From a candidate division CPR3 bacterium GWF2_35_18 (lineage in GTDB: Bacteria; Patescibacteriota; CPR3; GWF2-35-18): a stretch of DNA of 64,000 nucleotides. Each line of letters opens with the position of its first letter. Position 1 is the stretch's first letter. Shown here piece after piece: positions 1-9,606 of the stretch. The notes beneath the pieces are model-generated. The model was given only the letters and a program-made list of their open reading frames with translations, had not been told where the DNA came from and searched no databases. The translations under genes were made by a program, and so were the position numbers. The stretch covers positions 5,315 through 69,314 of the forward strand of contig MESW01000002.1 in the NCBI GenBank assembly GCA_001771135.1. Reading direction: 5' to 3'.

Positions 1-707
1 TACTTATTTGAAATAGAGTAGATGTGTCGTGCCCACTCTAAAGAACTCCAATCGAATTGAAGCGATTGGAGAAGTTGAAATCTTTCTTCCATGGACAGGT
101 TATAATATCCCAGGTCACGAAATTCTGCATACACAATTGTTTCCCAGGCATAAGCCTGCATTTCCGCGCAGAGATCGAAATTATTCTTTGGATCATACCC
201 GTTTAGGGCATTTATGTAATGAACAGTATCATGTGCCCAGACTATAGCAATTTCTACATCGTCTGTTTTGGTTTCTAAGAATTGAAGGCCTACTTCAAGG
301 TTGATGCCATCATCTCCCTGAGTTGTTGCCATGGCTGCACCATTTATTAGTCCTTCCCAGATTCGGATATTCATTGGATTTTGATATATCCAATCACCCG
401 TTGCAACAGTTGCAATTCCACCTGATGATTGTTGCATCTGGTACATGATTCGGTCCATGCGCATTCTTTGGTCTTCGACTGAGGACGCGGGATTCATCCA
501 ATTTCCCTTGTTTTGAATCGATTGATAGTTTGGATAGATAGAGAAAAGGGGATTGTCTATGAGACTAGAACAATCAGGTTTGAAAATGGGTTTTGGTACT
601 AATGACCAGCTTCCAAATCCCAAGATTAAAACGATGAAGAGAAAAAGAAACATTCTCTTGATCATTTTATTTCTATTGCGCTGAGCTTGATATTTTTTCT
701 TACTCAT
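1..707 (-). CDS. Hypothetical secreted or membrane-anchored protein. Partial: the reading frame stays open to the window edge, so the 3' end lies outside the window.
   Basis: ATG at 707-705 preceded by AGGAG (reverse complement of 713-717). I translated it by hand with no stop through position 1. N-terminal hydrophobic segment MIKRMFLFLFIVLILGF. The ORF track omitted it because it runs off the edge. Confidence 0.55.
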   Translation of the reverse strand, partial: MSKKKYQAQRNRNKMIKRMFLFLFIVLILGFGSWSLVPKPIFKPDCSSLIDNPLFSIYPNYQSIQNKGNWMNPASSVEDQRMRMDRIMYQMQQSSGGIATVATGDWIYQNPMNIRIWEGLINGAAMATTQGDDGINLEVGLQFLETKTDDVEIAIVWAHDTVHYINALNGYDPKNNFDLCAEMQAYAWETIVYAEFRDLGYYNLSMEERFQLLQSLQFDWSSLEWARHIYSISNK

Positions 708-952
708 AGTTACTCCTTCGTAATCGGTTAATTTATAGGTTTTGAGAAGTTATACGAGTATAAAATATTTGTGAAGCCTCCTTATTCTTATTCTGTTGTT
801 AAAGTATCTGGGGAAATATGGGGAAGAGTAGATATAACATTTTTATTTTAGAATATCAAATTTAATAGGTATTTCTTATTTTTCCAAATACAACTATATT
901 CTTTAAGTAATTTAATCTACAATATAAATATATTGGGGATATTTTCATTGTT

Positions 953-1828
953 ATGCAAGAACATCATTCAAAACAAGATAATATTAAAATTGCAGTCTTA
1001 TTGAATGTTTCATTTACCATTTTAGAAGTGATTGGAGGTTTGTGGTCCAATAGTCTCACAATTCTCTCTGATGCCCTGCACGATTTTGGAGATAGTGTTA
1101 CTCTCATAAGCTCTTGGATTCTTGAAAAGAAATCCCAGAAGAAACCAGATGCAAAATACACTTTTGGTTATCAAAGACTCTCTCTTTTGTCGGCGTTACT
1201 TTCTTCTATGATTCTAATTGGAGGTTCTGTATTCATACTTCTTCAGACGATTCCACGTCTTCAAAATCCCGAACATGTCAATTCACAAGGAATGATTTTG
1301 ATGGCAGTTGTCGGTATTATTTTTAATGGAGCGGGATTTTTAAAACTGAAAAAAGGTTCTAATATGAACGAGAAAGTACTTTCCTGGCATCTTTTGGAAG
1401 ATGTTTTGGGGTGGGTAGTAGTCTTGCTGGGAGGGACTCTGATATTTTTCTGGGATAACCATGTTATTGATCCGATAATGACAATTGGGTTTACGATTTT
1501 TATTCTGTGGGGAGTAACAAAAAACCTCAAAGAGGTAATCAATATTTTCTTTCAAGCTACCCCATCAAATATCAGTGTCGATCACATCAAAGAAGGTCTT
1601 TTGGCTATCAAAGGAGTGCTCAGGGTGCACGATGTCCATGTTTGGTCTTTAGAAGGAGAGACCAATATTTTTACAGGACATATTGTTATAGAAGAGAATT
1701 TACTTGATAATTCTGATAGAATGAAGAAGGAGATCAAGGAAGAGTTGAAAAAACATCAGATTAAGCATTCAACTATTGAGTTGGAGAGTAAATATTTTTG
1801 CTCTGGAATTGAGTGTAAACAGGTATAA
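953..1828 (+). CDS. Cation diffusion facilitator (CDF) family divalent metal efflux transporter (CzcD/ZitB-like)
   Basis: 291 aa with six TM segments. TM2 carries an HDxxD metal-binding motif (LSDALHDFGDS). It has a cytoplasmic C-terminal domain with His residues (VHDVHVWSL), which is typical of CDF proteins. Confidence 0.88.
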   Translation: MQEHHSKQDNIKIAVLLNVSFTILEVIGGLWSNSLTILSDALHDFGDSVTLISSWILEKKSQKKPDAKYTFGYQRLSLLSALLSSMILIGGSVFILLQTIPRLQNPEHVNSQGMILMAVVGIIFNGAGFLKLKKGSNMNEKVLSWHLLEDVLGWVVVLLGGTLIFFWDNHVIDPIMTIGFTIFILWGVTKNLKEVINIFFQATPSNISVDHIKEGLLAIKGVLRVHDVHVWSLEGETNIFTGHIVIEENLLDNSDRMKKEIKEELKKHQIKHSTIELESKYFCSGIECKQV

Positions 1829-1886
1829 AAGTCAATGAATCCGCATTTACATAGAGCGTAAATCTTAGTTTAAAAAGGAAAGCTAT

Positions 1887-2174
1887 ATGGATATTGGATA
1901 CAAAGAGCTAATTGACGCTATCATTACGAAACAAGTTAGTATTTTAGGAGAAACTATCGCTCTCAAAAAAGCTGGTAAAGTTGAGGGTATAATCCTTAAT
2001 GATTTGGGCAAAGTCGCTTCTATTCATGGCGACGGTAAGATAGTTTTAGAAAAATTGCTCAAAGAATATGCTTCTTTGACTGGAGAAGCCACAATTCTAT
2101 TTTCCAAAGAAGCCATTGCCCCACTTATAAAAGAAAATTCTAGTCTAATTCTACCGGAGGAATTGAAATTATGA
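1887..2174 (+). CDS. Small conserved hypothetical protein (95 aa); paralog of 38526..38819
   Basis: RBS AAAGGAAAG before the ATG. About 40 % identity to the 38526 ORF (shared IAxKKAxKV...KEY..L.G...I.FSKEAI...LP.EL). Its end overlaps the downstream membrane gene in an ATGA arrangement. Confidence 0.6.
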   Translation: MDIGYKELIDAIITKQVSILGETIALKKAGKVEGIILNDLGKVASIHGDGKIVLEKLLKEYASLTGEATILFSKEAIAPLIKENSSLILPEELKL

Positions 2175-2929
2175 AAAAATTTCTATTATATTTTATCCAT
2201 ATTATTCTATTATTGATCGGATTATCAGCTTCTTACTATCGATCTCTCAGTGATACCTCAACCTCAGAATTGATTGTTTATCTGGCAATTATTGTTCTTT
2301 GTGCTTTAGGTTTTGTTTATAGCATGATGTTAATGAAGAAACTAGGGGGAAGAAAATCAATAATGGGCAAAAGTTTTCTGTATTTAGGATTAGCTTTTTT
2401 TTTTCAAGCAATTACAATTGTTTATGATTATCTCTTCTTTTCACTAGCTGATTACTCTCCTGTTTCGACGCTATTGCTGGCAATTATGAATTTATGTTGG
2501 GCAATTTCTATTTATAACTTTTTTTTGATTACCGGAGTTAGTCAAAAAATCCGACAGGCATGGAAAACTATTCTCATAATAGGAATTGTTATCTGTTGCT
2601 CTTTAGCCGCTTACGGGAATCTTCCTGTTTCATATGCCGATGAATTTTTAAGTATGGCTATCTTATTAGTTAATGTTATCTTAATCTTTGAATCGGCTCT
2701 ATTACTCTTATACAGTTCTCGTTTTCGAGGGGGAGCCTTACTTATGCCGGTATTACTCCTCTGTTTTGGGATTGTTTTTCAACTAGTTGGAGATCTTCTA
2801 AATCGAGGAGTTTTTCAGGTAGGGACAATTACATATATTGCTGATGATGCTTTTTACTGTTTTTCATGGTTTCTCTTATCTATGTCACCGACTATTCTTT
2901 TAGCTTCATCGAAAGAGAACCTGGAATAA
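2171..2929 (+). CDS. Polytopic membrane protein (252 aa); paralog of 37748..38506
   Basis: GGAGG RBS. About 7 TM segments. Shared blocks with the 37748 ORF (KKxGGxxSxxGK ; LLLCFGIVFQLVGDLL vs LLFCLGILVQLIGDLVF). No recognisable output domain. Confidence 0.62.
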   Translation: MKKFLLYFIHIILLLIGLSASYYRSLSDTSTSELIVYLAIIVLCALGFVYSMMLMKKLGGRKSIMGKSFLYLGLAFFFQAITIVYDYLFFSLADYSPVSTLLLAIMNLCWAISIYNFFLITGVSQKIRQAWKTILIIGIVICCSLAAYGNLPVSYADEFLSMAILLVNVILIFESALLLLYSSRFRGGALLMPVLLLCFGIVFQLVGDLLNRGVFQVGTITYIADDAFYCFSWFLLSMSPTILLASSKENLE

Positions 2930-3146
2930 AATCCCTTATTAATTGGATAAGTTGTTATGTTTTGACACTCTCTTATAAATCACTGAATTAAAATGTTCGG
3001 AAAATATTTAAAAAGTGCAACAGGTGACATAAGAAGATTTGATAAATAATTCATATTTTACCTTAATTAAAACGTCTTTAAGTGAAAGGGAAATGTAAAG
3101 AGATATTTATGGTTTTATAAATTAATTTTATGGAAAGGAGCTATTA

Positions 3147-3671
3147 ATGAAAATGAAAAAAGCAGCTATTATATTTTTCTCATCTATATTTTTAGGTCTT
3201 ATAATCCTTTTAGTCAGTAACTCATTAAAAAAGGTAAACGCAGAGGCAAATTCGTGGATTAACTCAGGGATAAATATGTATGCTAATATAAGCGGTAATA
3301 TTGGTATTGGTACAGCAAGCCCCCAGTTTCCATTGCATATAGCAAAAGGGACAGGTAAGGCGGCTGGGTTTTTAAATGAAGCCACCGGAACGAATAACGA
3401 TGCTTTTGTGACTTATAAAGCCGCAATAAATACAAGTGGTAGAAAGGCTTTTAATCTTAATACCGGAGCGAGCTCATTAAATAGGTTAGACTTAAGACTT
3501 CTGAATGATGGTTTAACTAGCTCTATTCGAACCATTATGACCTGGAATTACGATGGTAATGTAGGCATAGGAACCACAGCTCCTGCGCAAAAGTTGGAGG
3601 TTAATGGAAACTTTAAATTAAGTGGAAACATTGTTTCCGACGGTGATATTTGTATAGGTAACTGCCAATAA
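3147..3671 (+). CDS. Secreted protein with two copies of a GN[IV]GIGT[AT][AS]P...L.V.G repeat, which resembles a tail-fibre or collar-type repeat
   Basis: GGAAAGGAG RBS. N-terminal signal or TM segment. Internal repeat GNIGIGTASPQFPLHIAKG / GNVGIGTTAPAQKLEVNGN. C-terminal CIGNC. Confidence 0.5.
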   Translation: MKMKKAAIIFFSSIFLGLIILLVSNSLKKVNAEANSWINSGINMYANISGNIGIGTASPQFPLHIAKGTGKAAGFLNEATGTNNDAFVTYKAAINTSGRKAFNLNTGASSLNRLDLRLLNDGLTSSIRTIMTWNYDGNVGIGTTAPAQKLEVNGNFKLSGNIVSDGDICIGNCQ

Positions 3672-3674
3672 AAT

Positions 3675-4916
3675 ATGATAAATATGCCTAAAATATCAGT
3701 TACTAAAATTCTATTCTTTCTTGTTCCGACAGTATTGCTTTTTATATCTCAAAAAACTATTGCCTATTATGCTCCAACATCTTCTTATGATCCATGTAGT
3801 GTTCCTGAAACCGGAGACTGGACGATTTCATCAAGCTGCACTTTAGAAACAAGTGACACTTTAGAAGGTGATCTGACGGTGAATAATGGATGTGTTTTAG
3901 AAATTGAAAATGGTGTGACTTTGACTGTTGATCTAGAGCACAGCTACATCAGAGTAATTAGCGGCGGTGGAATCTTAATTCGGCAGGGTGGAACTATTAC
4001 TCAATCTACTCCTAGACCGACGCAAGAAAATTTCAAAGTCGCTTTTATTGGCGATTCAGACGCGGGGTTTAACTTTGAGAGCGTACTTAATTTAATTAAA
4101 AACGAAAATGCAGATATGGTATTACATCAGGGAGATTTTGATAATACGGATTCTAAGGATCCCGCTGTCTTTGAAACAATCATAAATAATATCCTGGGTG
4201 TTAATTTCCCTTATTTTGGTTCTGTAGGTAATCATGATAATAATGACGCTGGTGAGTGGAATGCATATGCCAACCAATTTCTTACCCGAATGCAGCGCTT
4301 AGGTCTTACACCTGACTTCAACGATCTCACTGACCAAAAATACTCTTTAACCTATAAGGGTTTAAAGATGGTTTTCGTAGGTGAAAACGGAAATAATACC
4401 GAGTTTGCGAATTTTATTAATTCCGAATTTGCCACAGATGATCATATTTGGAAGATTTGCAGTTGGCATCAGATGCAGAATGCTATGCAAGTAGGATCAA
4501 AGGCTGATGATATGGGATGGGATGTGTATGAAAATTGCCGAACGCACGGCGCAATTATCGTTAACGGTCATGAACACAGTTATCATCGCACCAAAACTCT
4601 GACGGATATGTCTGACCAAACAGTTGATGTTGGTTGTTCCGATCCTAATAATTTGTGTGTAGGAAACGGAAAAACTTTTTCTAATGTTTCTGGCTTAGGA
4701 GGGATAGGAATCCGAAATCAAGATCGTTGTCTTCCCATCTCATATCCTTATGGTTGTAACGGTGAATGGGCTTCAATATATACGACCGATCAATCTGCAC
4801 AATATGGAGCATTATTTATCGAATTTCGTGTTGATGGAGATACTGAAAAAGCTTCTGGTTATTTTAAAAACATCGATGGAGTTGTTGTAGACACTTTTAC
4901 GATTATCAAGCAATAA
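3675..4916 (+). CDS. Secreted calcineurin-like metallophosphoesterase with an N-terminal beta-helix-like region
   Basis: Signal peptide. Metallophosphatase motifs GDxD (FIGDSDAG), GDFDN, GNHDN and VNGHEHSYHR are all in the canonical order. Confidence 0.72.
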   Translation: MINMPKISVTKILFFLVPTVLLFISQKTIAYYAPTSSYDPCSVPETGDWTISSSCTLETSDTLEGDLTVNNGCVLEIENGVTLTVDLEHSYIRVISGGGILIRQGGTITQSTPRPTQENFKVAFIGDSDAGFNFESVLNLIKNENADMVLHQGDFDNTDSKDPAVFETIINNILGVNFPYFGSVGNHDNNDAGEWNAYANQFLTRMQRLGLTPDFNDLTDQKYSLTYKGLKMVFVGENGNNTEFANFINSEFATDDHIWKICSWHQMQNAMQVGSKADDMGWDVYENCRTHGAIIVNGHEHSYHRTKTLTDMSDQTVDVGCSDPNNLCVGNGKTFSNVSGLGGIGIRNQDRCLPISYPYGCNGEWASIYTTDQSAQYGALFIEFRVDGDTEKASGYFKNIDGVVVDTFTIIKQ

Positions 4917-5074
4917 TTGGAAGGTGGTTGGATTGCTACTTTTGCCGATCCGGATGGAAATTATTTTCAACTCATGTCTCCCTGGGAAGTAAGACTTGAT
5001 AAACTTTCAAGAGATAGACAATCCAAATTTCTTAAACAAAAACTCTAATTCAATATTTGAGTTTTTGCTATAAT

Positions 5075-5611
5075 ATGAATATGCAAATTCATATTCGATT
5101 AGCAGAAAAGACTGATCTATTCCAATATACAAATCTTCTCCAAAAAACATATGAAAAAGCTTACGTTAATGAGGCTTTGGGTTTAACTAAAGAGTGTTTT
5201 TCCAAGGCAGTTTTTAATTCCGAAAATACCCAAGATTACCTCAAATCTCGATTGAAGATTACTGAAAAACAGAAAACCTGGTTGGTCTTGATCGAAGAGA
5301 AATTAGTCGGATCTATCACTTACATTTCTACGGATAAAAATCAGGGAGAACTGGCTGGATTTTATGTTGATCCCGATTATCAGGGTCAGGGGATTGGGAA
5401 AAAGTTGTATTCATATTTTATGAAACATATTTCAATCGGAAATTTAGTTCTTGACCTTTATTGTCATAATATAAAGGCGATAGAAATATATAAGAGATGG
5501 GGCTGGAAAATTGATATTAGCCGAGGACAAAAAGGTTATTTTTACCGCCATTGGCCTGAGTGGCCAGAGAATCTTCAGGCAAAATGTATGTATATGCGAT
5601 TGGACCGGTAG
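5075..5611 (+). CDS. GNAT family N-acetyltransferase
   Basis: Acetyl-CoA binding motif VDPDYQGQGIGKKLY (Q/R-x-x-G-x-G/A). The track start at 5057 is a TTG. The ATG at 5075 lies just downstream of a TATAAT box. Confidence 0.78.
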   Translation: MNMQIHIRLAEKTDLFQYTNLLQKTYEKAYVNEALGLTKECFSKAVFNSENTQDYLKSRLKITEKQKTWLVLIEEKLVGSITYISTDKNQGELAGFYVDPDYQGQGIGKKLYSYFMKHISIGNLVLDLYCHNIKAIEIYKRWGWKIDISRGQKGYFYRHWPEWPENLQAKCMYMRLDR

Positions 5612-5615
5612 GAAG

Positions 5616-5795
5616 TTATAGCAAAGCTTCCAGAGCATGGTAGACTAAAAATGCTGGCCAAACGATAGCTTTTAAAAATCCCAACACTCCCATCCAAAAC
5701 GAACTAGCATGACCGATAAAATATACCGCCGCGCCGATAAATCCTAAACCATAAACAGCTCCTGATGTTCCAGCTTCTTGAACTCTTTGATTCAT
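5616..5795 (-). CDS. Small membrane protein (59 aa) with a Gly-zipper-like motif
   Basis: ATG preceded by GGAGG (reverse complement of cctcc at 5799-5803). Sequence MNQRVQEAGTSGAVYGLGFIGAAVYFIGHASSFWMGVLGFLKAIVWPAFLVYHALEALL. Not in the ORF track because it is under 60 aa. Confidence 0.4.
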   Translation of the reverse strand: MNQRVQEAGTSGAVYGLGFIGAAVYFIGHASSFWMGVLGFLKAIVWPAFLVYHALEALL

Positions 5796-5903
5796 AATCC
5801 TCCTTCACGAGATTAAATATGCTTAATTTCTAGGATACACTATTAAAATAGTAGAAAGCAACCGGAAATATCTGTTATAATTTTATGTAAAAGGAGAAAA
5901 ATT

Positions 5904-6206
5904 ATGCCCAAAACTCTTTTTGGTAAATTATCAGTTATTTTTATTACTGCCTTTTTTATCTTTATAGTAGTTTTTTCCTTTTTTGCAGCCTTTGGACAAA
6001 AAGGAGGAGAGGAAAGTTTTTTTGACAATTTATATTTAGCAATTCCTATCTTACTGGCCGGAGTTTCAGGTGTTACCTCTTTTATTACTGGTTTAATCTG
6101 TTTAATTAAAAACAGAGAAGATAGAGGTCCTTTGGTCGCCATATCAACAGCCATTGGATTTGTGGTTACTTTTTTTATGTTAGGAGAGATTCTTTTCCCA
6201 CATTAG
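5904..6206 (+). CDS. Hypothetical membrane protein (100 aa, 3 TM segments)
   Basis: AAAAGGAG RBS. Hydrophobic segments. Confidence 0.5.
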   Translation: MPKTLFGKLSVIFITAFFIFIVVFSFFAAFGQKGGEESFFDNLYLAIPILLAGVSGVTSFITGLICLIKNREDRGPLVAISTAIGFVVTFFMLGEILFPH

Positions 6207-6230
6207 TTTTTTATCTAAAAGGATTTAAAG

Positions 6231-6707
6231 GTGAAAACTTTAATTATTTATGATTCAGTTTTTGGAAATACGGAGAAAGTCGCCAAAGCAATTTCCAAAG
6301 CCTTTGCAAAAGAGGTAGAAATTGCAAAAGTGAGTGAAGTAAAAATCGAACAGCTTTGTGGACTTAATTTACTCATTGTTGGTTCTCCAACACGTGCTTT
6401 TCGTCCCACTAAAGAGCTAACAGCTTTTCTTCGAGAAATTCCGGAAAACAGTTTGAAAAAGGTTAGGATAGCAGCTTTTGATACCCGAGTGGATGTAAAA
6501 GAATTAAATAATAAATTACTGACGAATATGGTTAAATTTCTTGGTTATGCCGCCAAACCGATTGCCAATTTGTTATCCCAAAAAGGAGGAAAGCAGGTTA
6601 TTGATCCCGAAGGATTTATTGTTCTTGGTGAAAAAGGCCCTTTAAAGGAAGGGGAGGTAGAAAGAGTGAAAACATGGGTAGAGAATATTAAAAGTAAGTT
6701 ACTTTAA
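6231..6707 (+). CDS. Flavodoxin-like FMN-binding protein
   Basis: GTG start with an AAAGGA RBS. N-terminus MKTLIIYDSVFGNTEKVAKAI is the flavodoxin phosphate-binding loop. LLIVGSPTRAF. Confidence 0.72.
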   Translation: MKTLIIYDSVFGNTEKVAKAISKAFAKEVEIAKVSEVKIEQLCGLNLLIVGSPTRAFRPTKELTAFLREIPENSLKKVRIAAFDTRVDVKELNNKLLTNMVKFLGYAAKPIANLLSQKGGKQVIDPEGFIVLGEKGPLKEGEVERVKTWVENIKSKLL

Positions 6708-7985
6708 TTCCGCTTCACCTTTTACCTTGGGAAGATTCCTTAAAACATCACATTGTGGGAAACAGTAACCATCATCATTCATCCAATTAAAATTCGTCCA
6801 GGCTTTATGGTTAAAGATGAAAGGAATTATGGCTTTTATGCGGTCGTCTGGTCCCCAGATATTTTTAAAAGCATCATCAAAATAGGTTGCTGTGAGTGTT
6901 GAATCTTTATACTGCCATTTTGGAATATTTCCTTCTTTGTGAACCCATCCAGTTTCGGTGATAAATACTGATAATCCGGTAATATTAAAATGTTTCTGCA
7001 ACAGTTCTAGTTCCCATTCATACGATTTGATTTGATCTCGTTTTTCATACCAAGAAGGGGGATTATAATAGTCTCCAGAAAATTCTGGTTGAGGATAAGC
7101 ATGATTTGCCCATCCGTCTATCTTTTCAAAAATACCAGGGACTTTATTATTCATTCTGATCATAAAATCTTCAGCATCAAGATAGTGGGGACCACTGCGA
7201 GCTGAAGTGTTTAATCCACCATTCATCATATAGAAGTTTTTGTTTTCTTTTTTGAAGATATCAATAATCATATTTAAACCTTCAGCGTATCCTTCAGGAT
7301 CAATACCATTGGGATAGTATTCAAGAGCATTCATTTCATTAAAAACTGTAATAAGACGGCAGGAACTTGGCCAGTAAAAGCTATTTAAGAATTTAGCGGT
7401 TTTAGTAATTCGTGGTTCAAGAAAATCTTTTCCAAACTGATTAGTCTGAAGCTGTATAATGGGAATTAGGTGATACTTTTCTGTTAAATCAAAAAATTGC
7501 TGCCAAACATTTTTATTAAAGCTTGTTTCATAGTTAATCCAAAAAGGAATTAAAACATATCCCCAATCACCACCACTACCATTAACGAGATTAGAAATCT
7601 CAGAAAGCTGTTTGTCTAAAGTGAGATTGGTATGGTCTGTAACCATATACATTCCGTATCTGTTATTTAAAATATCTCTTTCGTAGACAGATTTTCCTCC
7701 TATGAAACAAGGAGTAAGAGGTGTTCTGCTTGGGAAATTTGGCCCGGCGGATTGTGAGGCGTTACGAGCTTCACTATCACTAACTACCGCTGAACTACTG
7801 GATTCATTTTGTGTTTTTGTACTTTGGATTTTTTGATAAACAAATAATCCGATAATTACTGTGAGTAAAATTAGAATAGTAATTGAGGCAACAATCACAA
7901 AGGTTTTATTTTTAGTATAAAATCGCAATAATTTCTCCCGAAGATTATTTTCTTTAGGTATTTTTATTGGTTTTATGTGCTTCAT
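6699..7985 (-). CDS. Membrane-anchored clan GH-A (TIM-barrel) glycoside hydrolase
   Basis: N-terminal TM anchor, then VFNEMN (acid/base NE motif) and FITETGW (nucleophile TE motif), the typical GH5/GH39/GH128-like pair. Confidence 0.68.
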   Translation of the reverse strand: MKHIKPIKIPKENNLREKLLRFYTKNKTFVIVASITILILLTVIIGLFVYQKIQSTKTQNESSSSAVVSDSEARNASQSAGPNFPSRTPLTPCFIGGKSVYERDILNNRYGMYMVTDHTNLTLDKQLSEISNLVNGSGGDWGYVLIPFWINYETSFNKNVWQQFFDLTEKYHLIPIIQLQTNQFGKDFLEPRITKTAKFLNSFYWPSSCRLITVFNEMNALEYYPNGIDPEGYAEGLNMIIDIFKKENKNFYMMNGGLNTSARSGPHYLDAEDFMIRMNNKVPGIFEKIDGWANHAYPQPEFSGDYYNPPSWYEKRDQIKSYEWELELLQKHFNITGLSVFITETGWVHKEGNIPKWQYKDSTLTATYFDDAFKNIWGPDDRIKAIIPFIFNHKAWTNFNWMNDDGYCFPQCDVLRNLPKVKGEAELK

Positions 7986-8118
7986 TGTAACTCAAGAAGT
8001 TTAGATTAATATATTAATACAAATTATCACATTTTAAACTAACAATCGAATTTAATACGTTTAGAATCTTTAAAGTTTAAAAGACTAACTGATTTTTGTG
8101 TGTGATATAATCTCATTT

Positions 8119-8883
8119 ATGGAAAATCCAAATATTATTTTACCATTAATCCTTTCTCTTATAGCCGGTTCATCTACGGTAGTTGGGAGCTTAATTTTTT
8201 TCTTCATTAAAGATTTTAAACATTCTATTTTGAGTTTTCTAATGGGTTTATCTGGAGGGGTGATGATTTACCTCTCCTTTATGGAGTTTTTACCTTATTC
8301 TGTCGAAACTGTAGGATTTGTAACAACCAATATCCTTTTTTTCTTCGGATTTTTAGTAATGGGATTACTGGACTTTTTAATCCCTCATGATTATATTCAA
8401 GAAAAGATTAAGGTTGTAAGTGATGATTCTTCAAAATCGCTTTTAAAGACCGGAATTTTTATTATGATTGGTTTAATGTTGCATAATTTTCCGGAAGGGA
8501 TTGCGGTTGCCATGAGCTCATATAGTAATCTCAAATTAGGTTTATTCCTTACTCTTGCAGTTGCGATGCACAACATTCCCGAAGGGATTGCCGTGGCTGT
8601 TCCCATTTATTATGCAACAAAAAATAAATGGCAGGCATTTAAATTTTCATTTCTATCCGGTATTGCAGAACCAATTGGTGCAATACTAGCACTTACTCTT
8701 TTGGGCCCTTTTTTAAACGATACGATCTTATCTTATATTTTTGCTATAGTAGCCGGGGTAATGGTTTTTATTAGCTTTGATGAACTTTTGCCTTGTTGTT
8801 TTAAAAACGGTTTCGGTCATGTTGCGATCTCCGGGATTGCGATTGGGATGGCTCTTATGGCAATTACAATCTGTTTTTTCTAG
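8119..8883 (+). CDS. zupT: ZIP family zinc/iron transporter (ZupT-like)
   Basis: HNFPEGIAVA and HNIPEGIAVAVP signature motifs in TM4/TM5. The track start at 8098 is a GTG. The ATG at 8119 follows a TATAAT box. Confidence 0.88.
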   Translation: MENPNIILPLILSLIAGSSTVVGSLIFFFIKDFKHSILSFLMGLSGGVMIYLSFMEFLPYSVETVGFVTTNILFFFGFLVMGLLDFLIPHDYIQEKIKVVSDDSSKSLLKTGIFIMIGLMLHNFPEGIAVAMSSYSNLKLGLFLTLAVAMHNIPEGIAVAVPIYYATKNKWQAFKFSFLSGIAEPIGAILALTLLGPFLNDTILSYIFAIVAGVMVFISFDELLPCCFKNGFGHVAISGIAIGMALMAITICFF

Positions 8884-8967
8884 TTAACATTCACCCTTTG
8901 ACAAGTAAATGAGTATTTATTATAATGAATACCTATTCATTAATATAATTACGGGGGGTGATAAATA

Positions 8968-9216
8968 ATGCCGAGACAAGATGGAACAGGTCCTTTTGGA
9001 ATGGGGGCCGGAACAGGAAAAGGTTTTGGTCCTTGTGGCCTTGGAATGGGTTGGAGGCGTAAGTTTGGAGGAAAAAGAGGATTAGGTCGTTACTTTAACT
9101 GGAATTGGGGTCAGAGTAAAGAGGAAGAATTAAAAGCCCTTTCCGAATACAAAGAAGCCTTACAAGAGGAGCTTGAAGATCTGAATAAAGAAGAGATGGA
9201 ATTGAAAAAGAAATGA
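8968..9216 (+). CDS. Gly-rich DUF5320-type small protein with a C-terminal coiled coil
   Basis: MPRQDGTGPFGMGAGTGKGFGPCGLGMGWRR... followed by a KE-rich helix. Characteristically paired with DUF134. Confidence 0.6.
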   Translation: MPRQDGTGPFGMGAGTGKGFGPCGLGMGWRRKFGGKRGLGRYFNWNWGQSKEEELKALSEYKEALQEELEDLNKEEMELKKK

Positions 9217-9288
9217 AAGAGGAGAGCCCAAATCCTCTTTAAGGAGGCGGGCTCTCTCGCAAATATATTTTAATACAAGAAGATCAAT

Positions 9289-9564
9289 ATGCCAAGACCA
9301 AAGATAAAAAGACATCTTCGATTTCAACCAAATTGTTATTATTATAAACCAAGAGGGATTCCTTTATCCGAGCTTGAAGAAATCGCAATACAAAAAGATG
9401 AAATAGAAGCGATTAAGCTTTATGAAGTAGATAACTTAGATCAGACTTTAGCTGCAAGTAGGATGAAAATTTCTCAACCGACATTTGCGAGGATACTTAA
9501 TAATGCTCATAAAAAAATTGCCGAAGCGATTATAAAGGGAAAGGCTATTCGTATAGAGAAATAA
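9289..9564 (+). CDS. DUF134 / UPF0251 family putative DNA-binding protein
   Basis: N-terminal MPRPKIKR...F.P....YKPRGIP, then a sigma-70 region-4-like HTH (EAIKLYEVDNLDQTLAASRMKISQPTFARILNNAHKKIAEAI). Confidence 0.7.
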   Translation: MPRPKIKRHLRFQPNCYYYKPRGIPLSELEEIAIQKDEIEAIKLYEVDNLDQTLAASRMKISQPTFARILNNAHKKIAEAIIKGKAIRIEK

Positions 9565-9606
9565 AAAAGAGTCAAAGATGTCAGTTTTTATATTAAAATT
9601 GAAACT

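Noticed and set aside
29-247. A 72-aa + strand ORF at the window start
   Set aside because: It lies entirely inside, and antisense to, the better-supported minus-strand partial CDS (1..707), which has an AGGAG RBS. It has no RBS.
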